Shown: positions 38,721 through 50,007 of the stretch, piece after piece | How the letters are laid out: every line of letters begins with the position of its first letter | Position numbering within the stretch: the first letter of the stretch is position 1 | Assembly (NCBI GenBank): GCA_031389685.1 | Contig: JANMSV010000085.1 | Location: 1 to 53,859, forward strand | Length of the DNA: 53,859 bases | Reading direction: 5' to 3' | Source of the DNA: Betaproteobacteria bacterium | GTDB lineage: Bacteria; Pseudomonadota; Gammaproteobacteria; Burkholderiales; SG8-39 | Translations under genes and position numbers: made by a program | The notes under the pieces: generated by a model | Database searches by the model: none | What the model saw: the letters and a program-made list of their open reading frames with translations, nothing else | What the model was told of the DNA's origin: nothing

Positions 38721-39272
38721 ATGCGAACACACATCCTGATCGCTTCGGCATTGTTCGTCGCCTGCGGCGCTTGGGCGGCGGTCGCCAAGGACGCGGAACG
38801 CACCCCCGACGTGATCTACGTACCGACGCCGCAAGAGGTGGTCGAGGACATGCTGCGGCTGGTCAACGTGAAAAAGGGCGACGTGCTCTACGACCTGGGC
38901 TCCGGCGACGGGCGCATTCCGGTGACCGCGGCGCGCCTGTACGGCATCCGCGCGGTGGGTATCGATATCGATCCGGAGCGCATCCGCGAAGCCAAGGCGA
39001 ACGCCAGGAAGAATGGCGTCGCGAAGCTGGTTGAATTTCGCCAGCAGGACTTGTTCAAGTCGGATTTTCGCGAAGCCACGGTGGTTACGCTTTACCTGCT
39101 GCCCGACCTCAACACCAAGCTGTACCCGCAGCTGATGGAGCAGCTCAAGCCCGGAACGCGCGTGGTCTCGCACCAGTTCGACATGGGCACCTGGAGGCCC
39201 GACAAGAGGCTCGACTCGAACGGCAGGACGGTGTATTTCTGGGTGATCCCCGAGCCCAAGACTACGCGCTAG
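38721..39272 (+). CDS. Class I SAM-dependent methyltransferase with an N-terminal signal peptide
   Basis: The signal-like N-terminus is MRTHILIASALFVACGAWAAVA. SAM motif I is VLYDLGSGDGR and the post-I motif is GIDID. The start is ATG 38721; the alternative is 38700. Confidence 0.75.
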   Translation: MRTHILIASALFVACGAWAAVAKDAERTPDVIYVPTPQEVVEDMLRLVNVKKGDVLYDLGSGDGRIPVTAARLYGIRAVGIDIDPERIREAKANARKNGVAKLVEFRQQDLFKSDFREATVVTLYLLPDLNTKLYPQLMEQLKPGTRVVSHQFDMGTWRPDKRLDSNGRTVYFWVIPEPKTTR

Positions 39273-39276
39273 CCTG

Positions 39277-39912
39277 ATGAACCTGAAGATCGAAATCGTG
39301 TCCGACGTCATTTGTCCCTGGTGCTACATCGGCAAGCGCCGGCTGGAAAAGGCGCTCGCCCTGGTGGGCGCCGAGGTGACTCCGCAGGTGAGCTGGCTGC
39401 CGTTTCAGCTCAACCCGTCGATGCCCCGCGAAGGGATGCCGCGGGCCGATTACCGCCGCGCCAAGTTTGGTTCGGCGCAGCGCGGTCGCGAGCTGGACGC
39501 GCGCGTCGCCGCGGAGGGTCGCGGCGAGGGAATCGAATTCGCGCTTGAGCGCATTGAGCGCACGCCCAATACTTTTGCGGCGCACCAGTTGATCGACCTC
39601 GCACAGGAACAGGGCGTAGGCGGCGCGGTGGTGGATGCCCTGTTCCATGCGTACTTCGAGGAGGCGCGGGACACTGGAGACGCGCAAGTCCTGTTGCAGT
39701 TGGCCGAGGCGGCGGGACTGGCACGCGGCGCGATGCAGGCGCGCTGGGCCGACGCTGACCAGGGGCGGCGCGTGGCGCAGGTGGAAGCAAGCATGAAGGA
39801 ATACGGCATCAGCGGTGTGCCGACCTTCATCCTCAACCGCAAGTCCGGGGTGTCGGGGGCACAGCCCCCAGAGGCGCTGGCGGCGGCGATGCGCGAGGCC
39901 GCTACGCCGTAA
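39277..39912 (+). CDS. DsbA-family (FrnE/HCCA-isomerase-like) thiol oxidoreductase
   Basis: SDVICPWCYIGK (CPWC) and GISGVPTF are present. Confidence 0.85.
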   Translation: MNLKIEIVSDVICPWCYIGKRRLEKALALVGAEVTPQVSWLPFQLNPSMPREGMPRADYRRAKFGSAQRGRELDARVAAEGRGEGIEFALERIERTPNTFAAHQLIDLAQEQGVGGAVVDALFHAYFEEARDTGDAQVLLQLAEAAGLARGAMQARWADADQGRRVAQVEASMKEYGISGVPTFILNRKSGVSGAQPPEALAAAMREAATP

Positions 39913-40477
39913 AGTCCAGCCGGTCGTTGCGCAGGACGCCATAGATGCGCATCGCCGGACGATTGTGCAGCTCCAGCGGCGGCAGCGGCTGGGCGTCCAG
40001 CTCCAGCTCCGCCACCGACAACACGCCCATTACCGCGTCCGAGAGCACCAGTTCGCCGGCGCGGGCGCGGTGCACCAGCCTTTCCGCGATGCTCACGCAG
40101 TCGCCAAAGACCACCGCATTGCGCTGCGCGGCGGGTCCGGCTTCGCCATACACTGCCTCGCCGCGATGCACGCCGAGCGCGATGGCCGTGCGCAAGCCGT
40201 ATTCGCGCTCCCAAGCCTGCACCACCGCGTCGAACTCGTTGAACAGCTGCTGCGCGGCGCGCACCGCGGCCCGCGCCAGGTCCTCCGGCGCGAAGTCGCG
40301 GAACGCCGCCATCAGGGAGTCATTGTGGACCGCCATGGTCTGGCCGCCGTTGGCCGCCACCGCCTGGGCCGCGCAGTCGAAGAACTGGTCGGCCAGCGCC
40401 AGCACTCGCGCCGGCTCGAGCATCTCCGACATGCGGGTGAAATTGCGCACCTCGGCGATCAGGATCACCGACTCCAC
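39902..40477 (-). CDS. Stand-alone class III nucleotidyl cyclase domain protein
   Basis: ILIAEVRNFT, HNDSLMAAF, ALGVHRGEAVYG and FGDCVSIAERL are present. The start is uncertain (GTG 40477 or TTG 40510). The first metal-binding Asp position reads Glu. Confidence 0.65.
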   Translation of the reverse strand: MESVILIAEVRNFTRMSEMLEPARVLALADQFFDCAAQAVAANGGQTMAVHNDSLMAAFRDFAPEDLARAAVRAAQQLFNEFDAVVQAWEREYGLRTAIALGVHRGEAVYGEAGPAAQRNAVVFGDCVSIAERLVHRARAGELVLSDAVMGVLSVAELELDAQPLPPLELHNRPAMRIYGVLRNDRLDFTA

Positions 40478-40502
40478 GCGCTCCGCCGACGGGTTGGTCG
40501 CC

Positions 40503-41105
40503 TTAGCCAAGGAGCGCGAATAGTGCCACGATGAAGACCACGAGGGCGCCGGCCGCAAGGAACATGAGCGAGGCATTGGACACCGTCGGCAGGTCCGGGT
40601 CGCGCGGTACCGGCTCCGCGTGCTGCGCCTCCAGTGCGGGCGCCGGCCCGTTGCCCGCGCCGTGCTGCGCGCCCACCTTTTCGTTGAATGCGGCAAAGAA
40701 ATCCTGGGAGATTTTCTTCGCCGCCGCGTCCACCAGGCGCGAGCCGATCTGCGCGAGCTTGCCCCCGACGTTGGCCTTTACCTGGTAGCTGAGCTTCGTG
40801 CCCTTGCCCTCGGGCGCGAGTTGCACCTGGGCCGAGCCCTTGGCGAAGCCGGCGCCGCCGCCCTGGCCCTCGAAGGCGATGGCGTAGGAGTGCGGCGGGT
40901 TGAGGTCCGAGAGCACCAGCTTGCCCTTGAACTTGGCACTCACCGGGCCGATGCGCGCCACCATCAGCACCTGGTACTCGTTATCGGCGAGGGGCTCGAT
41001 CGACTCGCAGCCGGGGACGCAGGCCTTGAGCATCTGCGGGTCGTTAAGTGCGCCCCAGGTATCGGCTTGCGACGCCGGGATGCGCTCTTCTCCGGTCATT
41101 TCCAT
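40503..41105 (-). CDS. coxG: CoxG-family SRPBCC protein with a C-terminal TM anchor
   Basis: ACVPGCES, GPVSAKFKG and GGKLAQIG are present, with a hydrophobic C-terminus. Confidence 0.85.
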   Translation of the reverse strand: MEMTGEERIPASQADTWGALNDPQMLKACVPGCESIEPLADNEYQVLMVARIGPVSAKFKGKLVLSDLNPPHSYAIAFEGQGGGAGFAKGSAQVQLAPEGKGTKLSYQVKANVGGKLAQIGSRLVDAAAKKISQDFFAAFNEKVGAQHGAGNGPAPALEAQHAEPVPRDPDLPTVSNASLMFLAAGALVVFIVALFALLG

Positions 41106-42307
41106 GCTTTTGCCTCCATTCTTCGCGCCATCGGCCGGCTCAGCGTGAGCGCCAACTCGACCAAGCTCTTGAGATTATGCACCGGCAGGAACAGGTCCAC
41201 ATGCGGCAGCATGGCACGCACGCCTGCCGGCTTGGCCTCGAACTTGTCGTAGCGCAGCAGCGGATTGAGCCAAACCAGGAAACGGCAGGACTTCGACAGC
41301 CGCTCCATCTCCTCGCCCAGGCCTTCGCCCGCCTCGCGGTCCAGGCCATCCGAGACCAGCAGCACGCAGGCGTTCTGGCCGAGCACGCGCCGCGCCCAGC
41401 GCCAGTTGAATTCGCGCAGGCAGACCCCGATGCGCGTGCCGCCCGACCAGTCCTTGATGGTGTCGGCGACGCTCGTCATCGCCACGTCCACGTCGCGGTG
41501 GCGTAATTGGCGCGTGACATTGGTGAGCCGCGTACCGAAGACGAAGGTGTGCACGCGGTCGCGATCGTTGGTGAGGGCGTGCAGGAAATGCAGGAACATC
41601 CGCGCGTAGGGGTTCATCGAGCCCGAGATATCGCACAGCACGACCAGTGGCGGGTGGATCTCCACGGGTTTGGAGCGGACCAGCGGAATCACATCGCCGC
41701 CCTCGCGCAGCGATTTGCGCAGGGTGGCGCGCAGGTGCACGCGCCGGCCGCGCAGGTCGGGCGCGTGGCGCCGGGTGCGGATCCGGGGTAGCGGCAGGCG
41801 CAGCTGCCGGATCATCTTCTTCGCCTCGGCGAGTTCCGCCGCGGACATGGTGTCGAAATCCATGCGCTGCAGCACCTCGCGCGAGGAGAAGGTGAGGCGC
41901 GCGTCCATTTCCACCTTCTGTTCCTCGCGCTGCTCCTGGGGCTTGTTCTGCCCGAACAGGGCGTCGGTGAGGCGTTGGCTCTGCTGCTCCTCGGCCTTGG
42001 GCGTGCGGCCGTAGGTCTGCGGCAGCAGCATCTGCATCATCTTCTCGGTGAGCTTGGGGTCGCGCCAGAAGAGCCGGAATGCCTGGTCGAAGATCGGGCG
42101 CTGCTCTTCCCGCGACAGCAGCACCGCAGACATGGTCCAGTACCAGTCCTCGCGCCGGTCGGCGCCGGCGATTTCCAGCGCGCGCACGCAATCCACCACG
42201 CGGTCCGGGCCGACGCGCAGGCCCGCGCCGCGCAGCAGGCGCGCGAAGTGCATCACGTTCTCGGACAGCTTGCCGCGCGGCGCGTCGAACTGGAGCTGCG
42301 GCAGCAT
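41096..42307 (-). CDS. coxE: VWA-domain CoxE-like protein
   Basis: The MIDAS motif is LCDISGSM, followed by VFGTRL...SDG. The start is ATG 42307, 3 nt after the upstream stop. Confidence 0.85.
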   Translation of the reverse strand: MLPQLQFDAPRGKLSENVMHFARLLRGAGLRVGPDRVVDCVRALEIAGADRREDWYWTMSAVLLSREEQRPIFDQAFRLFWRDPKLTEKMMQMLLPQTYGRTPKAEEQQSQRLTDALFGQNKPQEQREEQKVEMDARLTFSSREVLQRMDFDTMSAAELAEAKKMIRQLRLPLPRIRTRRHAPDLRGRRVHLRATLRKSLREGGDVIPLVRSKPVEIHPPLVVLCDISGSMNPYARMFLHFLHALTNDRDRVHTFVFGTRLTNVTRQLRHRDVDVAMTSVADTIKDWSGGTRIGVCLREFNWRWARRVLGQNACVLLVSDGLDREAGEGLGEEMERLSKSCRFLVWLNPLLRYDKFEAKPAGVRAMLPHVDLFLPVHNLKSLVELALTLSRPMARRMEAKAWK

Positions 42308-42309
42308 TC

Positions 42310-43635
42310 TCAGTGCGCCGGGACTTCGCGCCTGTCGCTGGCCAGCGGGCACTCGCGGGCGAGCGTCTGGATTCTTCGCGCGGCGACCACCACGTGCTCG
42401 TTGACAAATCGCTCGTGATTGCGCTCGACATTGTCCAGCCGGTATACGTAATTCACCATCATGCCCGCCGAGCGCTTGATCCCCTGCGCGGAGCTGTCGC
42501 CCATCCAATTCAGCCTCTCCAGCGATGCGCCGTTGCCGAGGTGGAACCGCGATACTGGATCGAGCGGATCGCGCCCCTGTTTCGCGTGCAGCAGGTAGTA
42601 GGCGCACAAGCCGGTGAGCAGGTGGCGCAGAGACTCGTCGTCGGCCATGTGCCATGCCGGACCGTCCAGTTGGGAAAGCAGGGCGAGCCGGCCCTCTCCC
42701 GCCATGCCCGCCGCGAGCCGGCCTCGCACACTGTCCAGCCACGCGCGAAAACCCGGGAGCGGCGACAGGGTCGCGAACGCGCGCAGACGGGGAAACTCCT
42801 GCTTGAGCTCCTCTGCGACCTGCTTGATGAGGAAATTGCCGAAGGAGATGCCGCGCAGTCCATCTTGGCAGTTGGTGATCGAGTAGAAGATCGCGCAGCG
42901 GGCGTCCCGAGGGTCGGACACCGGCGCGTCTAGGGCGAGCAGCGGCTGCACCTCGGCGCTGACGCGGCGCGTGAGCGCCACCTCGATGAAGATGAGCGGC
43001 TCGTCGGGCAGCGAAGGATGGAAGAAGGCGAAGCACCGGCGGTCCGCCTGCAGCCGGCGCCGCAGGTCCGGCCAGCCCTGGATCGCGTGCACCGCCTCGT
43101 AGGCGATGAGCTTTTCGAGCACCAGCGCCGACGTGCGCCAGTCAATGCGTTCGAGACGCAGGAAGCCGCGGTTGAACCAGGAGCGCAGCAGGTGAAGGAG
43201 ATCGGCGTCCACCGCGTGCCGTCCCGGGTGGTCCGGCAGGTCACGCAGCAGGAACTGGCGCATTTCCACCAGCGCCGCCGTCCCGCCGGGCGCCATGTTG
43301 AGCCGTCGGAACAACTCCTGTCTCACCGGCTCGACCACCGCCTGCAGGCGCAGCAGGCTGGCCGGCGTCGGATCGTTGCGGTAGGCATCCGCCGCCTTGC
43401 CGACCGCCTCGGGCGAGGGCGAGAACTCGGCGGCAAGGATGTCGAAGAACTGATCCCGGGATGCCGGACCCAGCGCGCTGAAAGCCGCGAGCGTTTCTCG
43501 TGCAAGCGCTGCACCGGAGGCTTCACCCCTCTCGCCGAGCAAGCTGCGGCACAGCGCGATCACATCGCGGCATTCACGGTGCATGGCATCGCCGCGGCCG
43601 CCGAAGAGCCGCTGCAGGAACGTGGTCGTGTGCAT
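42310..43635 (-). CDS. Malonyl-CoA decarboxylase family protein
   Basis: SWFNRGFL, AIFYSI and GISFGNFLIKQV are present, with length and order typical of MCD. Confidence 0.8.
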   Translation of the reverse strand: MHTTTFLQRLFGGRGDAMHRECRDVIALCRSLLGERGEASGAALARETLAAFSALGPASRDQFFDILAAEFSPSPEAVGKAADAYRNDPTPASLLRLQAVVEPVRQELFRRLNMAPGGTAALVEMRQFLLRDLPDHPGRHAVDADLLHLLRSWFNRGFLRLERIDWRTSALVLEKLIAYEAVHAIQGWPDLRRRLQADRRCFAFFHPSLPDEPLIFIEVALTRRVSAEVQPLLALDAPVSDPRDARCAIFYSITNCQDGLRGISFGNFLIKQVAEELKQEFPRLRAFATLSPLPGFRAWLDSVRGRLAAGMAGEGRLALLSQLDGPAWHMADDESLRHLLTGLCAYYLLHAKQGRDPLDPVSRFHLGNGASLERLNWMGDSSAQGIKRSAGMMVNYVYRLDNVERNHERFVNEHVVVAARRIQTLARECPLASDRREVPAH

Positions 43636-43643
43636 GCTGCCGG

Positions 43644-44555
43644 TCAGGCTGTGGCGGCGCTCTTCGCCTCGGCCACCAGGCGCGCCGCCTCCTCGCCGGC
43701 GATCTTCTCGATGTCGTCCTGGTACTTGAGCAGCACGCCGAGCGTGTTGTTGACGGTGTCCGGGTCGAGCGCGATCTTGTCCAGCGCCACCAGGCAGTTG
43801 GCCCAGTCGATGGTCTCGGCGACGCCGGGCAGCTTGAACAGGTCCACGCCGCGCAGGCGCTGCACAAAGGCCACCACCTCCCTGGACAGCGCCGCCGAGG
43901 ATTTCGGCGCCTTGCGCTTGAGGATTTCCAGCTCGCGGCGCGCGTCCGGGTAGTCCACCCAGTGGTAGAAGCAGCGCCGCTTCACCGCGTCGTGGATCTC
44001 GCGCGTGCGGTTGGAGGTGATCACCACGATCGGCGGCTCGGCCGCTTTCAGCGTGCCGATCTCCGGCACCGTGATCTGCCAGTCCGAGAGCACTTCCAGC
44101 AGGTAGGCCTCGAACGGCTCGTCGGTGCGGTCCAGTTCATCGATCAGCAGGACCGGCGCTGCACCCGGCTTGCCCTCGAGCGCCAGGGCCAGCGGGCGCT
44201 TGATGAGGAAGCGCTGCTCAAAAATGTCGTGCGACATCCTGTCCCTGGATTTTTCGCCCGACGCCTCCGCCAGGCGGATCTCGATCATCTGCCGCGGGTA
44301 GTTCCATTCATAGGCCGCCTGCGCGATGTCCAGGCCCTCGTAGCACTGCAGGCGGATCAGTTCGCGTCCCAGGGCACTGGAGATCACCTTGGCGATCTCC
44401 GTCTTGCCGGTGCCGGCCTCGCCCTCGAGGAACAGCGGGCGCTGCATGGTGAGCGACAGGTAGAGGGCGGTGGCGAGGCTGCGGTCGGCGACGTAGTCGG
44501 CCGAGGTCAGCAGCTTGAGGGTCTCGTCGATCGATTTCGGCAGGGAGGAGGGCAT
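43644..44555 (-). CDS. coxD: MoxR-like AAA+ ATPase CoxD
   Basis: Walker A is LEGEAGTGKT and Walker B is LLIDELDR. The position between coxM and coxE fits CoxD. Confidence 0.88.
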   Translation of the reverse strand: MPSSLPKSIDETLKLLTSADYVADRSLATALYLSLTMQRPLFLEGEAGTGKTEIAKVISSALGRELIRLQCYEGLDIAQAAYEWNYPRQMIEIRLAEASGEKSRDRMSHDIFEQRFLIKRPLALALEGKPGAAPVLLIDELDRTDEPFEAYLLEVLSDWQITVPEIGTLKAAEPPIVVITSNRTREIHDAVKRRCFYHWVDYPDARRELEILKRKAPKSSAALSREVVAFVQRLRGVDLFKLPGVAETIDWANCLVALDKIALDPDTVNNTLGVLLKYQDDIEKIAGEEAARLVAEAKSAATA

Positions 44556-44556
44556 G

Positions 44557-44580
44557 AAAAAGCCCGCTCGAGGCGGGCTT
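44557..44580 (-). terminator. Intra-operon hairpin + T-run (AAGCCCGC-CTCGA-GCGGGCTT-TTT) between coxM and coxD
   Basis: This is a perfect 8-bp stem read on the minus strand. The T-run ends 1 nt before the coxD ATG. Confidence 0.55.
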
Positions 44581-44599
44581 GCCCGAGCGAGCAGCTATT

Positions 44600-45397
44600 C
44601 TATTTCATCGCGGCTGCGACCGCGCGCTTGGCCATCACCGTGATCAGGTGGGCGCGGTATTCCGCCGAGGCGTGCAGGTCGCTGTTCAGACCGTCCGCCT
44701 TGATCTTCAGGCCGGCCACCGACTCCGGCGCGAACTTTGCGCCGAGCGCTTTCTCCATCTCCGCCAGGCGCAGCGCGCAGGGTCCGGCGCCCGTCACCGC
44801 CACGCGCACCCCGGCGCCGGTGTCGGCGACGAACACCCCGACGATGGCGAAGCGCGAAGCCTGGTTCTTGAACTTCATGTAGGCGGCGCGCTTGGGCACC
44901 GGAAAGCTCACCGAGGTGATGATCTCGCCGGGCTTGAGCGCGGTTTCGTACAGGCCCTTGAAAAACTTGTCGGCCGCATGCGTGCCTTTGGTGGTGGTGA
45001 TGGTCGCCCCGAGCCCCAGCACTGCCGCCGGATAGTCGGCCGCCGGGTCGCTGTTGGCGAGCGCGCCGCCCAGGGTACCCATGTTGCGCACCTGCCGGTC
45101 GCCGATCATGCCGGCGAGCGCGGCAAGCGCGGGAATGGCCTTCTTCACCTCAGCCGAGCCCGCCACTTCCGCGTGGCGCGTCATGGCGCCGATGGTGACC
45201 GTCTTGGCGTCGACCCTGATGCCGGCGAGGTCCTTGATCATGCCGAGATCGACGATGTCGGTGGGCGCGGCGAGGCGCAGCTTCATCGCCTGCACCAGCG
45301 ACTGGCCGCCGGCGAGGATCTTGGCGTCCGCGCTCTTGGCCGCCAGCGCGGCGGCGTCGTTCACGTTCGATGGGCGGTGGTAGTTGAATGCGTGCAT
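44600..45397 (-). CDS. coxM: FAD-binding medium subunit of a CODH/xanthine-dehydrogenase-family enzyme
   Basis: ILAGGQSL and the GTLGGA..N FAD-binding pattern are present. AAGGAAACC lies before ATG 45397. Confidence 0.88.
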   Translation of the reverse strand: MHAFNYHRPSNVNDAAALAAKSADAKILAGGQSLVQAMKLRLAAPTDIVDLGMIKDLAGIRVDAKTVTIGAMTRHAEVAGSAEVKKAIPALAALAGMIGDRQVRNMGTLGGALANSDPAADYPAAVLGLGATITTTKGTHAADKFFKGLYETALKPGEIITSVSFPVPKRAAYMKFKNQASRFAIVGVFVADTGAGVRVAVTGAGPCALRLAEMEKALGAKFAPESVAGLKIKADGLNSDLHASAEYRAHLITVMAKRAVAAAMK

Positions 45398-45407
45398 GGT
45401 GGTTTCC

Positions 45408-47762
<2,355 letters not shown>

Positions 47763-47772
47763 GGGTGCCTCC

Positions 47773-48252
47773 TTATTTTCCCGTCGCCATGGTCTTGGAA
47801 CCGGCCATGATCGACTTGACGATGTTGTGGTAGCCCGTGCAGCGGCACAGATTGCCTTCCAGCGCTTCGCGCACTTCCTGCTCGCTGGCATTCGGCTGGC
47901 GCTTGGCGAAGTCCACGGCGTTCATCACCATCCCCGGGGTGCAAAAACCGCACTGCAGCCCGTGATGCTCCTTGAACGCGGCCTGCATGGGATGCAGCGT
48001 GCCGTCGGCCTTGGCCAGGCCCTCGATGGTGAGGATGTCCGCGCCCTCGGCCTGCATGGCGAGCATCGAGCAGGCTTTCACCGCCTTGCCGTTCATGTGC
48101 ACGGTACAGGCCCCGCACTGCGCGGTGTCGCAGCCGACATGGGTGCCGGTGAGGTGCAAGTGCTCGCGGATGTAGGTCACCAAGAGCGTGCGCGCCTCGA
48201 CCTCCCCGGAGACAGCCTTGCCGTTGACCTTCATGGATACCTTGACAGACAT
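47773..48252 (-). CDS. coxS: (2Fe-2S)-binding small subunit
   Basis: The cluster motifs [11 protein letters not shown] and CGFCTPG...CRCTGY are present. Confidence 0.93.
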   Translation of the reverse strand: MSVKVSMKVNGKAVSGEVEARTLLVTYIREHLHLTGTHVGCDTAQCGACTVHMNGKAVKACSMLAMQAEGADILTIEGLAKADGTLHPMQAAFKEHHGLQCGFCTPGMVMNAVDFAKRQPNASEQEVREALEGNLCRCTGYHNIVKSIMAGSKTMATGK

Positions 48253-48369
48253 GCTGCCTCCTTGGATTGCGCTTATTCGTGGCTGGCGGGATAGCCATCC
48301 TAGCCAAGCGCGCCACGCGGATCAATGTTGCGCCGCAATAGCCCCCGGCGCGGGAGTAAACTCCCCGGC

Positions 48370-49377
48370 ATGGACTCCGTGGATATCGAAGTGTTGCGCA
48401 GCGCCGAGGCCTGGCGCAAGGCCGGGCATCGCGTCACGTTCGGCACCATCGTCAAGACCTGGGGTTCCGCGCCGCGGCCGGTCGGCGCGCTGGTGGTGAT
48501 CCGTGGCGACGGCCAGGTGGTCGGCTCGGTGTCGGGCGGCTGCGTCGAGGACGACCTGATCGAAAAAGTCCGCGCGCAGGCGGTGGCGAAGGAGCTGCCG
48601 CAACTCCTCACCTATGGCGTCACCAATGAGGAAGCAACGCGCTGGGGCCTGCCCTGCGGCGGCACGCTGCAGCTGGTGCTCGAACCGGTAACGGACAAGA
48701 GTGCCCTAGGCGAGCTCCTGGAGACGGTCGCGAAGCAGCAGTTGGTGAAGCGTCGGCTGGACATGAAGACCGGCCGCGCAACGCTGCAGTCCGGGCAGTG
48801 GCAGGATGCGCTCGAATTCGACGGCGCGGTGCTCACCACGGTGCACGGGCCGCGCTGGCGCCTGGTGCTGATCGGCGCGGGCCAGCTCACGCAATATCTT
48901 GCGGAGATGGCGCGCATGCTCGACTACCACGTCAGCGTGATCGAGCCGCGCGAGGAATACGCCAGCGGCTGGAACATGGCTGGGATCGCGCTGGATCGGC
49001 GCATGCCCGACGACGTGATCGCGGCCCTCAATCTCGACGGTCATAGCGCGGTGGTGGCGTTGACGCATGATCCCAAGATCGACGACCTGGCGCTGATGGA
49101 GGCGCTCAAGTCGGCTGCGTTTTACGTCGGCGCCATCGGCTCGAAAAAGAACAACGACACGCGCCGCCTGCGCCTGCGCGAATTCGACCTGTCGGAAGGC
49201 GAAATCGCGCGCCTGCGCGGCCCGGTGGGGCTGTACATCGGCTCCAAGACGCCGCCCGAGATCGCGGTGGCGATCCTCGCCGAGATGACCGCCGTGCGCC
49301 ACGGCGTGAGCGAGCCGAACTGGGCGGCGAAGAAGGACGCGCGCTTCGATCCGTCCGCTTGCGAGGTCAAGACTTGA
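48370..49377 (+). CDS. XdhC/CoxI-family Moco-insertion accessory protein
   Basis: GSVSGGCVE and the Rossmann-like LVLIGAGQL are present. The gene is divergent from coxS. Confidence 0.85.
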   Translation: MDSVDIEVLRSAEAWRKAGHRVTFGTIVKTWGSAPRPVGALVVIRGDGQVVGSVSGGCVEDDLIEKVRAQAVAKELPQLLTYGVTNEEATRWGLPCGGTLQLVLEPVTDKSALGELLETVAKQQLVKRRLDMKTGRATLQSGQWQDALEFDGAVLTTVHGPRWRLVLIGAGQLTQYLAEMARMLDYHVSVIEPREEYASGWNMAGIALDRRMPDDVIAALNLDGHSAVVALTHDPKIDDLALMEALKSAAFYVGAIGSKKNNDTRRLRLREFDLSEGEIARLRGPVGLYIGSKTPPEIAVAILAEMTAVRHGVSEPNWAAKKDARFDPSACEVKT

Positions 49378-49952
49378 AGCTCGTCGGCCTGCTGCTGGCA
49401 GCAGGCTCCGCTACCCGCTTCGGTTCCGACAAGCTGCAGCATGCGCTGCCGCACGGCGTGTCGATCGCCGTGCAGGCGGCGCGCCACCTGAAATCAGAAA
49501 TGACGAGGGTGATCGCCGTCGTAAGGCCCGGCGCCGACCAGACGGCGCGCGCGCTGGCCGCGGAAGGCTGCGAGGTGGTGGTGTGCGAGCGGGCGGCGGA
49601 AGGCATGGGCGCGAGCCTTGCCTGCGCGGTGCAGGCGGCGGGCGCGGCCGACGGCTACCTGGTGGCGCTCGCCGACATGCCGTTCGTGCGCCCGAGCACC
49701 ATCGCCGCGGTGCGCGATGCCCTGGCGCAGGGCGCCGCGCTGGCGGCGCCGTACTTCAGGGCGCGGCGTGGCCACCCGGTGGGTTTTGCCGGCCGCTTTG
49801 GCGCGCAATTGCAGTGCCTGGCGGGAGACGAGGGTGCGAAGCGCCTGATGGACGCGCACGCCGCGCAACTGGTCAAGGTCCCGGTGGGCGACCCGGGCGC
49901 GATCCGCGATATCGACCAGCCCTCCGATCTCGCCCCGCCGCTCGCAGTGTAG
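49374..49952 (+). CDS. MobA/MocA-like molybdenum cofactor nucleotidyltransferase
   Basis: LLLAAGSATRFG and LADMPFV are present. The TTG start at 49374 overlaps the xdhC stop (TTGA); the alternative is TTG 49359. Confidence 0.75.
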   Translation: MKLVGLLLAAGSATRFGSDKLQHALPHGVSIAVQAARHLKSEMTRVIAVVRPGADQTARALAAEGCEVVVCERAAEGMGASLACAVQAAGAADGYLVALADMPFVRPSTIAAVRDALAQGAALAAPYFRARRGHPVGFAGRFGAQLQCLAGDEGAKRLMDAHAAQLVKVPVGDPGAIRDIDQPSDLAPPLAV

Positions 49953-50007
49953 GAGCGCCGCCTTCGGTTAAACTCAGTGCACTTCTGCACGGAGGGCATG
50001 GCACAGC

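Noticed and set aside
49997-50007. ATG at 49997, 5 nt after GGAGGG, considered as an alternative start for the cyclase-FHA gene.
   Set aside because: It is out of frame with the cyclase ORF and opens only a short Arg-rich frame. GTG 50008 gives the conserved AVLFTDV N-terminus.
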